A stretch of DNA of 60,961 nucleotides from an uncultured Candidatus Saccharibacteria bacterium. GTDB taxonomy: Bacteria > Patescibacteriota > Minisyncoccia > Phycocordibacterales > PALSA-1337. The stretch spans positions 1-60,961 of the forward strand of contig CAZMFR010000006.1 of assembly GCA_964565685.1 (NCBI GenBank), read 5' to 3'. Positions 48,482 through 57,992 of the stretch are shown here, in pieces; position 1 is the stretch's first letter, and the number at the start of each line of letters is the position of its first letter. The notes under the pieces were generated by a model that saw nothing but the letters and a program-made list of their open reading frames with translations, made no database searches and had not been told where the DNA came from. Both the position numbers and the translations under genes were made by a program.

Positions 48482-49474
48482 ATGTCGTATAAAAAAGATC
48501 ATGATGAATGGGACAAATTCTCCAGAAAATTTGAGGATATTGTTCAAAGCAAAATCGACCATGCGGCCAACCAAAGACATCTCTCACAAATAAAAACTAT
48601 GCACAAAATTTTCGAACTAAACAGAGAAGAATGGCCAGAGCTTTTGTTGCAGATAAACGATCCACCGAAACGGCTCTATTGCATAGGAACTCCGCCGCCG
48701 CAAAAAGCCGTCTATTTGACGGTAATCGGCTCGCGTACGCCGACTGATTATGGATGCGATTGCGTTCATAATCTCGTGACCGGCCTTGCCGGCTACCCGA
48801 TCGTGATCGTCTCCGGTTTGGCGACTGGCATTGACGGATTCGCTCACGAAGCGGCGCTCGAGGCCGGTCTAAAGACGATATCTTTCCCTGGCTCAGGATT
48901 AGATAGAAATGTCCTATACCCGCCAGAGCATCATGATTTGGCCGATAGGATAGTCAATGCCGGAGGATGTCTTCTATCCGAGTTCGAGCATAACCAGATC
49001 GGCTATTATTACATATTTCCCCAGCGCAATCGGCTGATGGCCGGCATTTCAAGAGCGACTCTCATCATCGAAGGAAGGATCAAGAGCGGCAGTTTGATCA
49101 CGACAAAACAGGCATTTGACTACAATCGTTCTGTATTGGCTGTGCCCGGCTCTATCTATAATCCGCTTTCCGCCGGACCGAATATGCTCCTTCATACTCC
49201 TTCTGCCCTGGCAGTAAGCTCTTCAAAAGACATATTGGAGGAGCTAGGATTCGAAGCAATCGAACCAGTGCCAAAAATCTCTCCGGAGCGCTTGGCCGCC
49301 CTCGACCCATCATCGCGTCAAATAATCCAAGCCCTTGAAACCGGATCCATGAACAAAGACAACCTCTGCCGCGAATTGAGCTTGCCCATGGTAGAACTCA
49401 ATCCGTTAGTTTCTTTTTTGGAGATAGACGGCCTCGTCAAAACGAATGGCAATGTGGTTAGGAGGGCTAGATAA
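48482..49474 (+). CDS. dprA: DNA processing protein DprA (start may be 48599)
   Basis: VIGSR, VSGLATGIDGFAHEAAL, FPQRNRLMAG, SGSLIT, VLAVPGSI. Confidence 0.93.
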   Translation: MSYKKDHDEWDKFSRKFEDIVQSKIDHAANQRHLSQIKTMHKIFELNREEWPELLLQINDPPKRLYCIGTPPPQKAVYLTVIGSRTPTDYGCDCVHNLVTGLAGYPIVIVSGLATGIDGFAHEAALEAGLKTISFPGSGLDRNVLYPPEHHDLADRIVNAGGCLLSEFEHNQIGYYYIFPQRNRLMAGISRATLIIEGRIKSGSLITTKQAFDYNRSVLAVPGSIYNPLSAGPNMLLHTPSALAVSSSKDILEELGFEAIEPVPKISPERLAALDPSSRQIIQALETGSMNKDNLCRELSLPMVELNPLVSFLEIDGLVKTNGNVVRRAR

Positions 49475-49536
49475 AGATTATCAGAATTTGCCAAACAATC
49501 CATCATCGTGCAATACTTACGCACGACACTATATAT

Positions 49537-51867
49537 ATGAAGCTCGTCATCGTAGAAAGCCCATCGAAAGCAAAAACGATCTCCAAATACCTTGGAAAAG
49601 ATTTTCGCGTGCTCGCTTCCGTTGGTCATGTGCGAGATTTGCCGAAATCGAATCGAAAAGCGATAGATATAGATGGCGGCTTTGTCCCGCATTATGAGGT
49701 CGTAGCTAAAAAAGAGCCGATCATAGCCGACATAAAAAGGGAGGCGGCCAAAGCAGACGAGATACTCCTCGCGACAGACCCAGACCGCGAAGGCGAAGCG
49801 ATCGCTTGGCATATTTCTGAATTGCTTATGAAAAATGAGAAAAGCATTTCCTCTTCAAAGATAAAAAGGGTTACCTATCATGAAATCACAAAAGAGGCCG
49901 TGCTCGATGCTATCGAACATCCGCGAGACATAGATCAGAACTTGCGAAAAGCCCAAGAAGCGCGGCGCGTGCTCGACCGCCTGGTGGGATATGATCTGTC
50001 CGGCTTGATATGGAAGAAGGTACGATATGGTCTTTCCGCCGGTCGCGTTCAATCGCCGGCGCTCCGCATAATAATGGAACGCGAGCGAGAGATACGCGCA
50101 TTCAAGCCGGAGGATTATTGGACCATCGCCGGAAAGTTCAAAACCATGAACAAGGCGGATCTGACGCTGACATGCACCGAAGAGCCGCGCAACAAGGATG
50201 AAGTCGAGCGCATACTAGATGTTGCCAGAAATAATCCTTGGAAAATTTCAGATATAGAAGAGAGCGAGCAAAAACGCCAGCCGCGCGCGCCTTTCATCAC
50301 TTCTACCCTTCAACAAACCGCTAGCTCGCGCCTAGGATTTTCTCCGTCGAGAACCATGGGCATCGCGCAAAAATTGTATGAATCCGGCTTTATCACCTAT
50401 ATGCGCACCGATTCAACCAATCTCAGCAAACAAGCCCTCGGAGCTATCGCTTCAACCATCGAGAAAAAATATGGCAAGGAATATCTCCAATTCAGGACAT
50501 ATTCAGCAAAGAGCAAGAATGCCCAAGAAGCGCATGAGGCCATACGCCCTTCCCATTTTGAAAAGGAATCGGCGGGGCATAATGACGAGCAAAAGAAGCT
50601 CTATCGGCTCATTTGGTCTCGTGCCGTAGCTTCGCAGATGGCAGACGCTAGGGTGGCAAGGACAAAGATAGCGGCGAATGTAAAAGAAGTCGAGAATGGA
50701 AAAATCCCCGACTTCGTTGCCTCTGGCTCGCGCATCATCTATGACGGATGGCTAAAAGCCGACCCCGAATCGACGGGCGAAGAGATCGATTTGCCAAAAT
50801 GCGGCAAGGGAGAAAAGCTCGACCTCGTATCCATAGATTCTCTGGCCAAACAAACCCAGCCGCCGGCGCGATACACCGAAGCAGGTCTGATCAAAGAACT
50901 GGAAAAAAGGGGCATCGGCCGACCTTCTACTTATGCCAGCATAACAAAGACGATAGAGGACCGCGGCTATGTGGAAAAAGAGGGCCGTTCGCTCCGGCCG
51001 ACCGATACCGGCGACGTCGTGTCTTCTTTTCTTGAAGAGAATTTCCCTACTTATATCAGCGACACTTTTACTGCAGAGATGGAAAACGAATTGGATGAGA
51101 TAGCCGACGGCAAACGCACTTATGAAAAGACCCTGTCTGATTTCTATGATCCTTTTTCAAAAGAAGTGAGATCGAAAGACAAGCTGGCCAAAGCGACCGA
51201 TCTCGGCGTCGCAGACGCAAAATACAGATGCCCGAAATGCGGCAGCCCTATGCAGATAAAGCTGGGCCGCGGCGGCAAATTCCTGTCTTGTTCGCGCTAT
51301 CCGGATTGTGATGGCGCGCTTTCCATCGACGGTATGGAATACAAAAAAGACGAGCCGATCGGCACCGATCCGGCCACAGGATTGCCGATCTTTGTGCTCA
51401 ATGGAAGATTCGGGCCATATGTACAGCTCGGTATAAAATTGCCAAAAGTGAAGAAGGCCAGAAAATCAAAAAAGAAAGACGGAGTTAAAACGGTAAAAAA
51501 CAAGAAAGCTGTTGATTTTATTGATGAAAAAAAAGGGGGAGAATCGCCGCTCGCCGAACCAGTCGCTCCTGTACCAGTCAAACCAAAAATGGCTTCGATA
51601 CCAAAAACCATCGACCCATCAAAGATAACAGTCGCGGATGCTTTGAGGTATTTGAGCTTGCCACGCTCGCTCGGCATTGACCCGGCGACCGGCAAGGAAA
51701 TAAAAGCTTCTATCGGCAGATTCGGGCCATATATCGTCCGTGATGGTGATTTCCGCTCGCTAAAAGGAACCGACAATCCATACGACATCACCCTTTCGCG
51801 CGCCATCGAATTGCTTGCGATAGCCAAAAAACCGAGAGGTTTCGTAAAGAAAAATAAGAATATTTAG
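49537..51867 (+). CDS. topA: DNA topoisomerase I
   Basis: LVIVESPSKAK, DPDREGE, SAGRVQ, ITYMRTDS, GIGRPSTY, zinc ribbon and C-terminal repeats. Confidence 0.97.
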   Translation: MKLVIVESPSKAKTISKYLGKDFRVLASVGHVRDLPKSNRKAIDIDGGFVPHYEVVAKKEPIIADIKREAAKADEILLATDPDREGEAIAWHISELLMKNEKSISSSKIKRVTYHEITKEAVLDAIEHPRDIDQNLRKAQEARRVLDRLVGYDLSGLIWKKVRYGLSAGRVQSPALRIIMEREREIRAFKPEDYWTIAGKFKTMNKADLTLTCTEEPRNKDEVERILDVARNNPWKISDIEESEQKRQPRAPFITSTLQQTASSRLGFSPSRTMGIAQKLYESGFITYMRTDSTNLSKQALGAIASTIEKKYGKEYLQFRTYSAKSKNAQEAHEAIRPSHFEKESAGHNDEQKKLYRLIWSRAVASQMADARVARTKIAANVKEVENGKIPDFVASGSRIIYDGWLKADPESTGEEIDLPKCGKGEKLDLVSIDSLAKQTQPPARYTEAGLIKELEKRGIGRPSTYASITKTIEDRGYVEKEGRSLRPTDTGDVVSSFLEENFPTYISDTFTAEMENELDEIADGKRTYEKTLSDFYDPFSKEVRSKDKLAKATDLGVADAKYRCPKCGSPMQIKLGRGGKFLSCSRYPDCDGALSIDGMEYKKDEPIGTDPATGLPIFVLNGRFGPYVQLGIKLPKVKKARKSKKKDGVKTVKNKKAVDFIDEKKGGESPLAEPVAPVPVKPKMASIPKTIDPSKITVADALRYLSLPRSLGIDPATGKEIKASIGRFGPYIVRDGDFRSLKGTDNPYDITLSRAIELLAIAKKPRGFVKKNKNI

Positions 51868-52019
51868 TCGCTGGATTTCTCATATATATGTGCACATCGC
51901 CCATTGAATTCAAGCCCATCTATTGACACATCTACTTTAATCTGATAACATAGAATTCGGTCAAACAGTTCTTCGAACTCTCAAAAGAGAGCCAAAATAA
52001 AAAAAGATAAAGGAAAACT

Positions 52020-52409
52020 ATGAAAGAAAAGATACTCTTTGTCGATGACAACGAGTCGTTGCTGGAGCTTGCGAACAATGTTCTGTCAAAAAGCGGATAT
52101 GAATGCAAGACAGCGGCAAATGGTCTGGAAGCCATAAAAGCAATCGAAAACGGCTTCAAACCTGATCTGGTGATCACTGACGTTGTCATGCCTGTCTTGA
52201 ATGGTCTCGGACTGGCAAATCAACTTCGATTAATGGGAATGATGGTGCCGATCATATTCATTTCGGGTCATCTAGGGTCTCATAAATCAGAGGATCTCGA
52301 GCAATTCAGCAATTATATAATCGGCAAGCCATTCGAGATTCTGGCGTTGACGAACATCGTCGCAGAAGTCCTCGAAAAAGCAAAATCGCAACCATGCGTT
52401 GCGAGTTGA
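52020..52409 (+). CDS. Stand-alone response regulator receiver (CheY-like)
   Basis: FVDD, TDVVMP, IFISG, GKPF. Confidence 0.88.
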   Translation: MKEKILFVDDNESLLELANNVLSKSGYECKTAANGLEAIKAIENGFKPDLVITDVVMPVLNGLGLANQLRLMGMMVPIIFISGHLGSHKSEDLEQFSNYIIGKPFEILALTNIVAEVLEKAKSQPCVAS

Positions 52410-52553
52410 TTATTTTGCTCTATTCATCAAGCCGCTTCACCTCATGTGTTGCGGCTTTTTTCTTGCATGATCAAAAGACGCGCATTGATTAAACCGCCTA
52501 CCCAATGAAGCGACAATGCAAAAATTCACGATATCTGAAATATATGGTCTTGG

Positions 52554-53546
52554 CTAAACCGAGAAATCCTTCAACGAATACAGATCTGAATTATCGTCTT
52601 CATTTTTTTCCTTCGGCGAGCGGTCGTCTATCGGTGCAGAATCTGAAACCTTATCTTTGTCGCCGGCAACAATGCCCGTAGCCGCAGAGCTTTCCGATTG
52701 CACATTCCCCTCTTTGCCCTTGTTCAAAAGCTCCAAAATCGTGCGTACGTCAGAGTTGGAGAAGAAGTCGATCATTATTTTTCCGCCATTCTGCCTTTTT
52801 TCTATGTAGACTTTTGTGCCGAGTGATCCTGCCAGCATATTCTCGAGCTCTTCCAATTCCGGATCGTTCTTGTCTTTCCTCCTTGCGCGGTCTTGTGCGA
52901 TTCGTCGGGCGAACATCTCGGCTTCTCGGACATTTATTTTGTTCGTTGTAATCTCCTTGAAAAGGACTGCTTGCTCTTCCGGTCGATCTACGAGCATCAA
53001 AAGCGGACGAGTATGCCCTTCTGAGATATGTCCGGCGGAAACAGCATCGAGCATGTGCGCAGGCAAAGCCAAGATGCGCAAAGTATTCGAAACATATTCG
53101 CGGCTCTTGCCTATTTTTTCGGCGACTTGGGCATGACGCATGCCGAATTCCTTTATCAAGCGATCGAAGGCGCGCGCGCGGTCGACGGCGTTTATGTCCT
53201 CGCGTTGCAGGTTTTCTATGATGGCAAGCTCGAGCTTTATCCTATCTGAATCTTCGGAAGTCCTCACCAGAGCAGGAACTCTGGCCAGTCCGGCGATCTT
53301 TGAAGCGCGCAACCTCCTCTCGCCAGAGATCAATTCATAATCGACGATCAGTCCGTCCGGATGCGCAGTTTCTCGACGAGTCACTACGAGCGGCTGAAGG
53401 ATGCCGTACATACGGATCGACTCGGCAAGATCCTTTAGCTTTGCCTCGTCGAAATCGCGTCTTGGTTGAAAAGGATTCGGGCTTATCTTTTCCACTTCTA
53501 TCCAAAAAATCGAGTCAGCGAAATATTTATTTTTTTGTGGAGGCAT
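52554..53546 (-). CDS. parB: ParB/Spo0J partition protein
   Basis: NPFQPRRDF, ISGERRLRAS, ENLQRED, HTH region. Confidence 0.93.
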   Translation of the reverse strand: MPPQKNKYFADSIFWIEVEKISPNPFQPRRDFDEAKLKDLAESIRMYGILQPLVVTRRETAHPDGLIVDYELISGERRLRASKIAGLARVPALVRTSEDSDRIKLELAIIENLQREDINAVDRARAFDRLIKEFGMRHAQVAEKIGKSREYVSNTLRILALPAHMLDAVSAGHISEGHTRPLLMLVDRPEEQAVLFKEITTNKINVREAEMFARRIAQDRARRKDKNDPELEELENMLAGSLGTKVYIEKRQNGGKIMIDFFSNSDVRTILELLNKGKEGNVQSESSAATGIVAGDKDKVSDSAPIDDRSPKEKNEDDNSDLYSLKDFSV

Positions 53547-53660
53547 ACGAATATTATAATTCAGAAAGCTAAAAGTTGAAAGTAAATAAATGGAACAACA
53601 AAAATTAGATAAATCATCGAATTATAGTCATCATCCAATTTAGATAGAAAGGACTAAAAT

Positions 53661-53774
53661 ATGGCTTACAGAGACACCCTCGTCAATATCGACTTAAAAA
53701 TCTCAGCTACCGGAAAAATATTCTGGGAATATGAAACGTATCAGCACCGGAATTGCTTTAAAAGAGATGAATGA
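53661..53774 (+). CDS. Candidate 37-aa small protein with its own terminator
   Basis: AGAAAGGA upstream; MAYRDTLVNIDLKISATGKIFWEYETYQHRNCFKRDE; followed by AAGCCGCAC-ctatt-GTGTGGCTT and a T-tract. Confidence 0.35.
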   Translation: MAYRDTLVNIDLKISATGKIFWEYETYQHRNCFKRDE

Positions 53775-53962
53775 AATTTCAAGCCGCACCTATTGTGTGG
53801 CTTTTCTTTTTTGAGGCATTTTACAATGTATGTACATTGTAAATATCGGTAATCTATCAATGCTCCTTTCTATGCTATGAGACTTTTTTGGTTTTTAGAC
53901 AAAAAATCCTACGCAAACATCATATATTTTTGTTATGTGATCTGTACTATACTTGAATCATC

Positions 53963-55087
53963 ATGAAGCCGTTTTTGAAGATTTCCATCATCGTCTTGCC
54001 TGTCCTTATTTTTCTTGCCCTATGCTTGGCGCTGATAATGCAACGGTCAAATCACTCTTCCTCCGTTGGCACGACGGAGATGAAAATTAAATCAAAGCAA
54101 ACGATGGCTATTGCTCCCTCCGCTTCAACTATCATAGTAATGATCGGCGGCGATATCATGCTCGATCGAGGGAATCGGGCTTTTGGCGAAACGAATGGAT
54201 ACGATTCTCTGTTCGCCGGCATTGCCCCATTATTTCATAGCGCGGATATCTCTATCGCCAATCTGGAAGGTTCTATCACCGATTATCCTTCGAAGACATT
54301 TCTCTCTGATAGCTCATTTGGAAAAGACCTAATTTTTACCTTTGCTACGAGCACGGCGCCGGTTTTAAAGCGAGCTGGATTGACCGCAGTGAGCTTGGCA
54401 AATAATCACACGGGTAATTTTGGCATAGACGGCATCGATCAAACGCATCATTGGCTGGAATAAGCCGGCGTCGAATGGTTCGGCGACCCTTCGAATATCG
54501 GTCCAGTAAGCGGATCGACGAGCCAAAGCATGTTTACATCGACAAGCGAAACCATAACTGGCGCCAGTTCTACAGCCGACATCATCTGTAAAAAAGGCAT
54601 TTGCCTTGCTTTTGTCGGTTATCACGAATTCGAGCCGGGATTTGACCGTATCCTTGCGGATGTTCATCGCCTCTCGTCTCTGGGATATCCTGTCATAGTA
54701 ATGGCTCATTGGGGCGACGAATACGCTTCGACTTCCCCTCTACGAGTCAAGGAAAAAGCCAGAGAGCTCGTTGCGGCTGGCGCTTTTGCGATCATTGGAG
54801 CGCATCCGCATGTCATCGAGGATCGCGAGTGGATCGGCGATGTCCCCGTGGTCTACTCGCTCGGAAATCTGGTTTTTGACCAATATTTTTCGCCGCAAGT
54901 CATGACAGGAAATATCGTCGAGCTCACTGTCTCTGCTATGCCTCCAGAAAGCGACGGGAATCTGGAGATACTGGCTCCGCCAAAATCTGCTCATATCGAC
55001 GATGTCCGTCTATATACGATATCAAACGCTTCACACGTAGGTCCGGTCGAAGTGGGCAGTCCAATCGAGTTTCCAAGGATGGATTGA
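53963..55087 (+). pseudogene. CapA/PGA_cap-family metallophosphoesterase interrupted by an in-frame TAA
   Basis: GDIMLDR, NLEG, SLANNH before the stop at 54461-54463; the frame continues AGVEWFGDP...HWGDEY...GAHPHV...YSLGNLVFDQ. Confidence 0.8.
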
Positions 55088-55144
55088 AGAAATCATTATA
55101 AATTTGATTTCCTTGAAAAAAATTGCTAGAATTTTTCTGAAAAA

Positions 55145-55227
55145 GCCGGGATGGCGGAACTGGCAGACGCACACGACTCAAAATCGTGCGGAGCAATCCA
55201 TGGGAGTTCGATTCTCCCTCCCGGCAC
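55145..55227 (+). tRNA. tRNA-Leu(CAA)
   Basis: GCCGGGA/TCCCGGC acceptor, CAA anticodon, long variable arm. Confidence 0.93.
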
Positions 55228-55287
55228 AACCAAGGCCGACGCGGATGCCTCATAAATCCGCACCAAGTAGGATATAATTTGATAGCT

Positions 55288-55866
55288 ATGACAATTGAGG
55301 AACTCGAGTCAAAACTTGAAGGAGGAGCGGAGACCCAGACATTCGAAGTCAAGGGTCCTTACGACTGGGATGTTAAATCATTGGCAAAAGATATCTTAGC
55401 CATGTCGAATGTTCAAGAAGGGGGCGATCTCGTAATCGGAATTGAAGATGGATCTTTCAAACGTCATGGTGTTACTGCAGCCCAAAAAGCAACCTATAAT
55501 GAAGATATTATGAAGGATCAGATGGCCGCTTACGCAGATCCCCATGTCGACTTTCATGTTTCGTTGGTGATTGATGATGCGAAAAAAGAATATATTGTTA
55601 TCACGGTATTGCCGTTTGAAGAGATACCAGTGATATGCAGAAAAGATGGTTCAGATACCAAGAGAGGCTGTGTATACTATCGAAATAAGAGCGGTCGTGT
55701 CCAAAGTGCACCAGTCTCAAGCTCGTATGACATGCGCGAGATTATTACCAGTGCAACGGCCAAGATGATGAAACGATTGACTCGCATGGGACTTAATACA
55801 GGAGAGAATATCAGTATGGAAATGCGCGTGAGAGAAAAATTGGATAAGGAAATTAAAGACCTATGA
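55288..55866 (+). CDS. Schlafen/AlbA_2-domain protein (stand-alone)
   Basis: ETQTFEVK, KDILAMSN.EGGDLVIGIED, Y.RN motifs. Confidence 0.82.
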   Translation: MTIEELESKLEGGAETQTFEVKGPYDWDVKSLAKDILAMSNVQEGGDLVIGIEDGSFKRHGVTAAQKATYNEDIMKDQMAAYADPHVDFHVSLVIDDAKKEYIVITVLPFEEIPVICRKDGSDTKRGCVYYRNKSGRVQSAPVSSSYDMREIITSATAKMMKRLTRMGLNTGENISMEMRVREKLDKEIKDL

Positions 55867-56579
55867 AAAAGGAACTTCTAGAAAAAATAAAATCTCGCGG
55901 ATATTGGAGGATAAATTTCCAACCTTTAGTTGATGAGATGAAATTGAAATCACTCGGTGATTGTCGTTCTCTTGTTGAAAAGAATCATGTACAACTTCGA
56001 GGATGGAATTATCCTCACTATCCTCGGCGTAAAGGTGATGATACCGATTTGTCGCCTGGCGCTAACTATTACGAGGGTTGGATCGAATGGTACGATCACA
56101 TAGAATTTTGGCGCATGTACCAAAGCGGTCAGTATTTGCACTATCGTGCGCTCAATGACGATTGGGCTGAGCGCAACGGCTGGGATATTGTAGCAAACCA
56201 GACCATTAAACCCGGCGAACAATTGAGTATCGTTGGGGCTACTTACCTGATAACAGAAATATTCCAATTTCTTTCGAGGTTGGCACAAGCAGGTATTTAC
56301 GATGAAGGTGTGCGAGTAAATATATCCCTACGGAATACGAAAGGTAGAGGTCTATCGCTCAATGATCTATCGCGGGGGCCCCTTTGGGAAGAATACAATA
56401 CGACCGCGGAAGAAATTCCATTTTCTGAACAGTACTCTAAAGAGGCATTAATCACAAAGCCCCAAGAACTAGCTCTTGACACGATAGTATTTTTCTTCGA
56501 TAGATTTGGCTGGCATAGACCTAATATAGAGGTAATAAAGAAGGATCAGGATGATCTCTTGAACAGGAGGTGGTTCTAA
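55863..56579 (+). CDS. Hypothetical partner protein translationally coupled to the AlbA_2 gene
   Basis: ATGA overlap; 238 aa, aromatic-rich, no family recognised. Confidence 0.75.
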   Translation: MKKELLEKIKSRGYWRINFQPLVDEMKLKSLGDCRSLVEKNHVQLRGWNYPHYPRRKGDDTDLSPGANYYEGWIEWYDHIEFWRMYQSGQYLHYRALNDDWAERNGWDIVANQTIKPGEQLSIVGATYLITEIFQFLSRLAQAGIYDEGVRVNISLRNTKGRGLSLNDLSRGPLWEEYNTTAEEIPFSEQYSKEALITKPQELALDTIVFFFDRFGWHRPNIEVIKKDQDDLLNRRWF

Positions 56580-57895
56580 TCGATCAAGAGTTTCTTATCC
56601 CTCAGCACTATCCCGCTCTTTATACACGACAACACCTCCCTCTTCTGTAACACCGTCCCGTGTTTCAGCATATGCTTAGCGAAGATCTTGATGCTGACAT
56701 CTTTGTGCTTTTTCGATTGCTTCAGGTCGAGGCCGAGCACCCCTGTCTGGAAGAGCGCATACCGCGCCACCTCTTCCTGTAGCTTGTGCTTGAGCTCACT
56801 TTTGTCTAGACTCATTTTGTCGATGATGGGGAGCATCTCGTCGATGAGAATAGTTTCGCTGACTGACTCATTCGGGCAGTCTCTATCTTTCACCTTTGTG
56901 CATCGGTAGTATATGTGGGCGTTGAAGCCGCCGTCTTTCAGCTCTTTGATCTTTTCCTCGGCCGTGATACCCGATCCGCAATAGGCACAGTGAAACATTC
57001 TCGTGAAGGCGAACTCCCGGCCGTAAGCTTTCTTTTTCTCCACTTTGATCTTTTCCTGCACGGCGTCAAAAAGTTCTTTTGATATGATCGGCGTATGCTT
57101 TCCGGTATACCACTCGCCGCTGTCGACGGGATACTCGAATACGCCGTAGTAGAAGGTCATACGGAGCATGCGGTAGATATTGCCGAGAGTGATGTATTTG
57201 CCGTTCTTGTTCTTGAAGTCGATTTCCTTGAGCCATCGATATATCCTTCTGCCTGAGTAATTTTCATACGCTACTTTCTCGAACATCTGCTTTACCACCG
57301 GTGCGCGTAAAGGGTCTACGATCACCTGACACTTCTCGTCCTTGTTCTTGCTGTTGAGGTATCCCGTCGGCGCTACCGATGGCCGCAGTCCCATGGCCGC
57401 TCTCGCTCGCAATCCTCGTCTCACGTTTATGACTTTGTTATCGTTCTCCAATTTCGCCTGCGACCCTAATATCATCAGCATGAACTTGTCATTCGGCGTG
57501 TTCATGAACTTTTGTCCATACGTGCGTATCTCGACAAGCCTTTTCTGATCCATGAGGTCGACGATCCTGCCGAGGTCGCCTGCGTTACGAGCGATACGGT
57601 CAGGTGCCCATGTCAAGATTCCGTTGAACTTGCCTTGTTTCAGCTCTTCGACGATCTCATTGAATACCGGCCTCTGCCCAGCCTCTTTGGCCGAATGAGA
57701 CTCCTTTTTCCTGATCGCTATCTCCAGTCCGTCATTCGCTGCCATCTTCTCCATCTCCGCTATCTGGCTATCGATGGACAGTACCTGCTTGTCCTCTTGC
57801 TCCGTCGATTTTCTCGCGTAAAGGCAGTATTTCACCTTTACAGGGCTTGCTGGTTTTGCCGTCAGCCCCACTGGCATTTGTGTTGTTTGTATCAT
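56576..57895 (-). CDS. Large serine recombinase
   Basis: LYARKSTE catalytic Ser, PDRIARN, PTGY, CAYCG/YYRCT zinc ribbon. Confidence 0.93.
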   Translation of the reverse strand: MIQTTQMPVGLTAKPASPVKVKYCLYARKSTEQEDKQVLSIDSQIAEMEKMAANDGLEIAIRKKESHSAKEAGQRPVFNEIVEELKQGKFNGILTWAPDRIARNAGDLGRIVDLMDQKRLVEIRTYGQKFMNTPNDKFMLMILGSQAKLENDNKVINVRRGLRARAAMGLRPSVAPTGYLNSKNKDEKCQVIVDPLRAPVVKQMFEKVAYENYSGRRIYRWLKEIDFKNKNGKYITLGNIYRMLRMTFYYGVFEYPVDSGEWYTGKHTPIISKELFDAVQEKIKVEKKKAYGREFAFTRMFHCAYCGSGITAEEKIKELKDGGFNAHIYYRCTKVKDRDCPNESVSETILIDEMLPIIDKMSLDKSELKHKLQEEVARYALFQTGVLGLDLKQSKKHKDVSIKIFAKHMLKHGTVLQKREVLSCIKSGIVLRDKKLLID

Positions 57896-57992
57896 ACGAC
57901 ACAATGAATGACGCAGACCCGATGGGGAGTCTACTATGGGCTGTTGGTAAGCTGTTGACAACTTTTTGCCTCAAAACCCTTGATTTTCCTCA

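Noticed and set aside
54461-54463. Stop-codon reassignment as the cause of the split capA-like gene
   Set aside because: The codon is TAA, which ends many genuine genes here, and TGA also acts as a stop.
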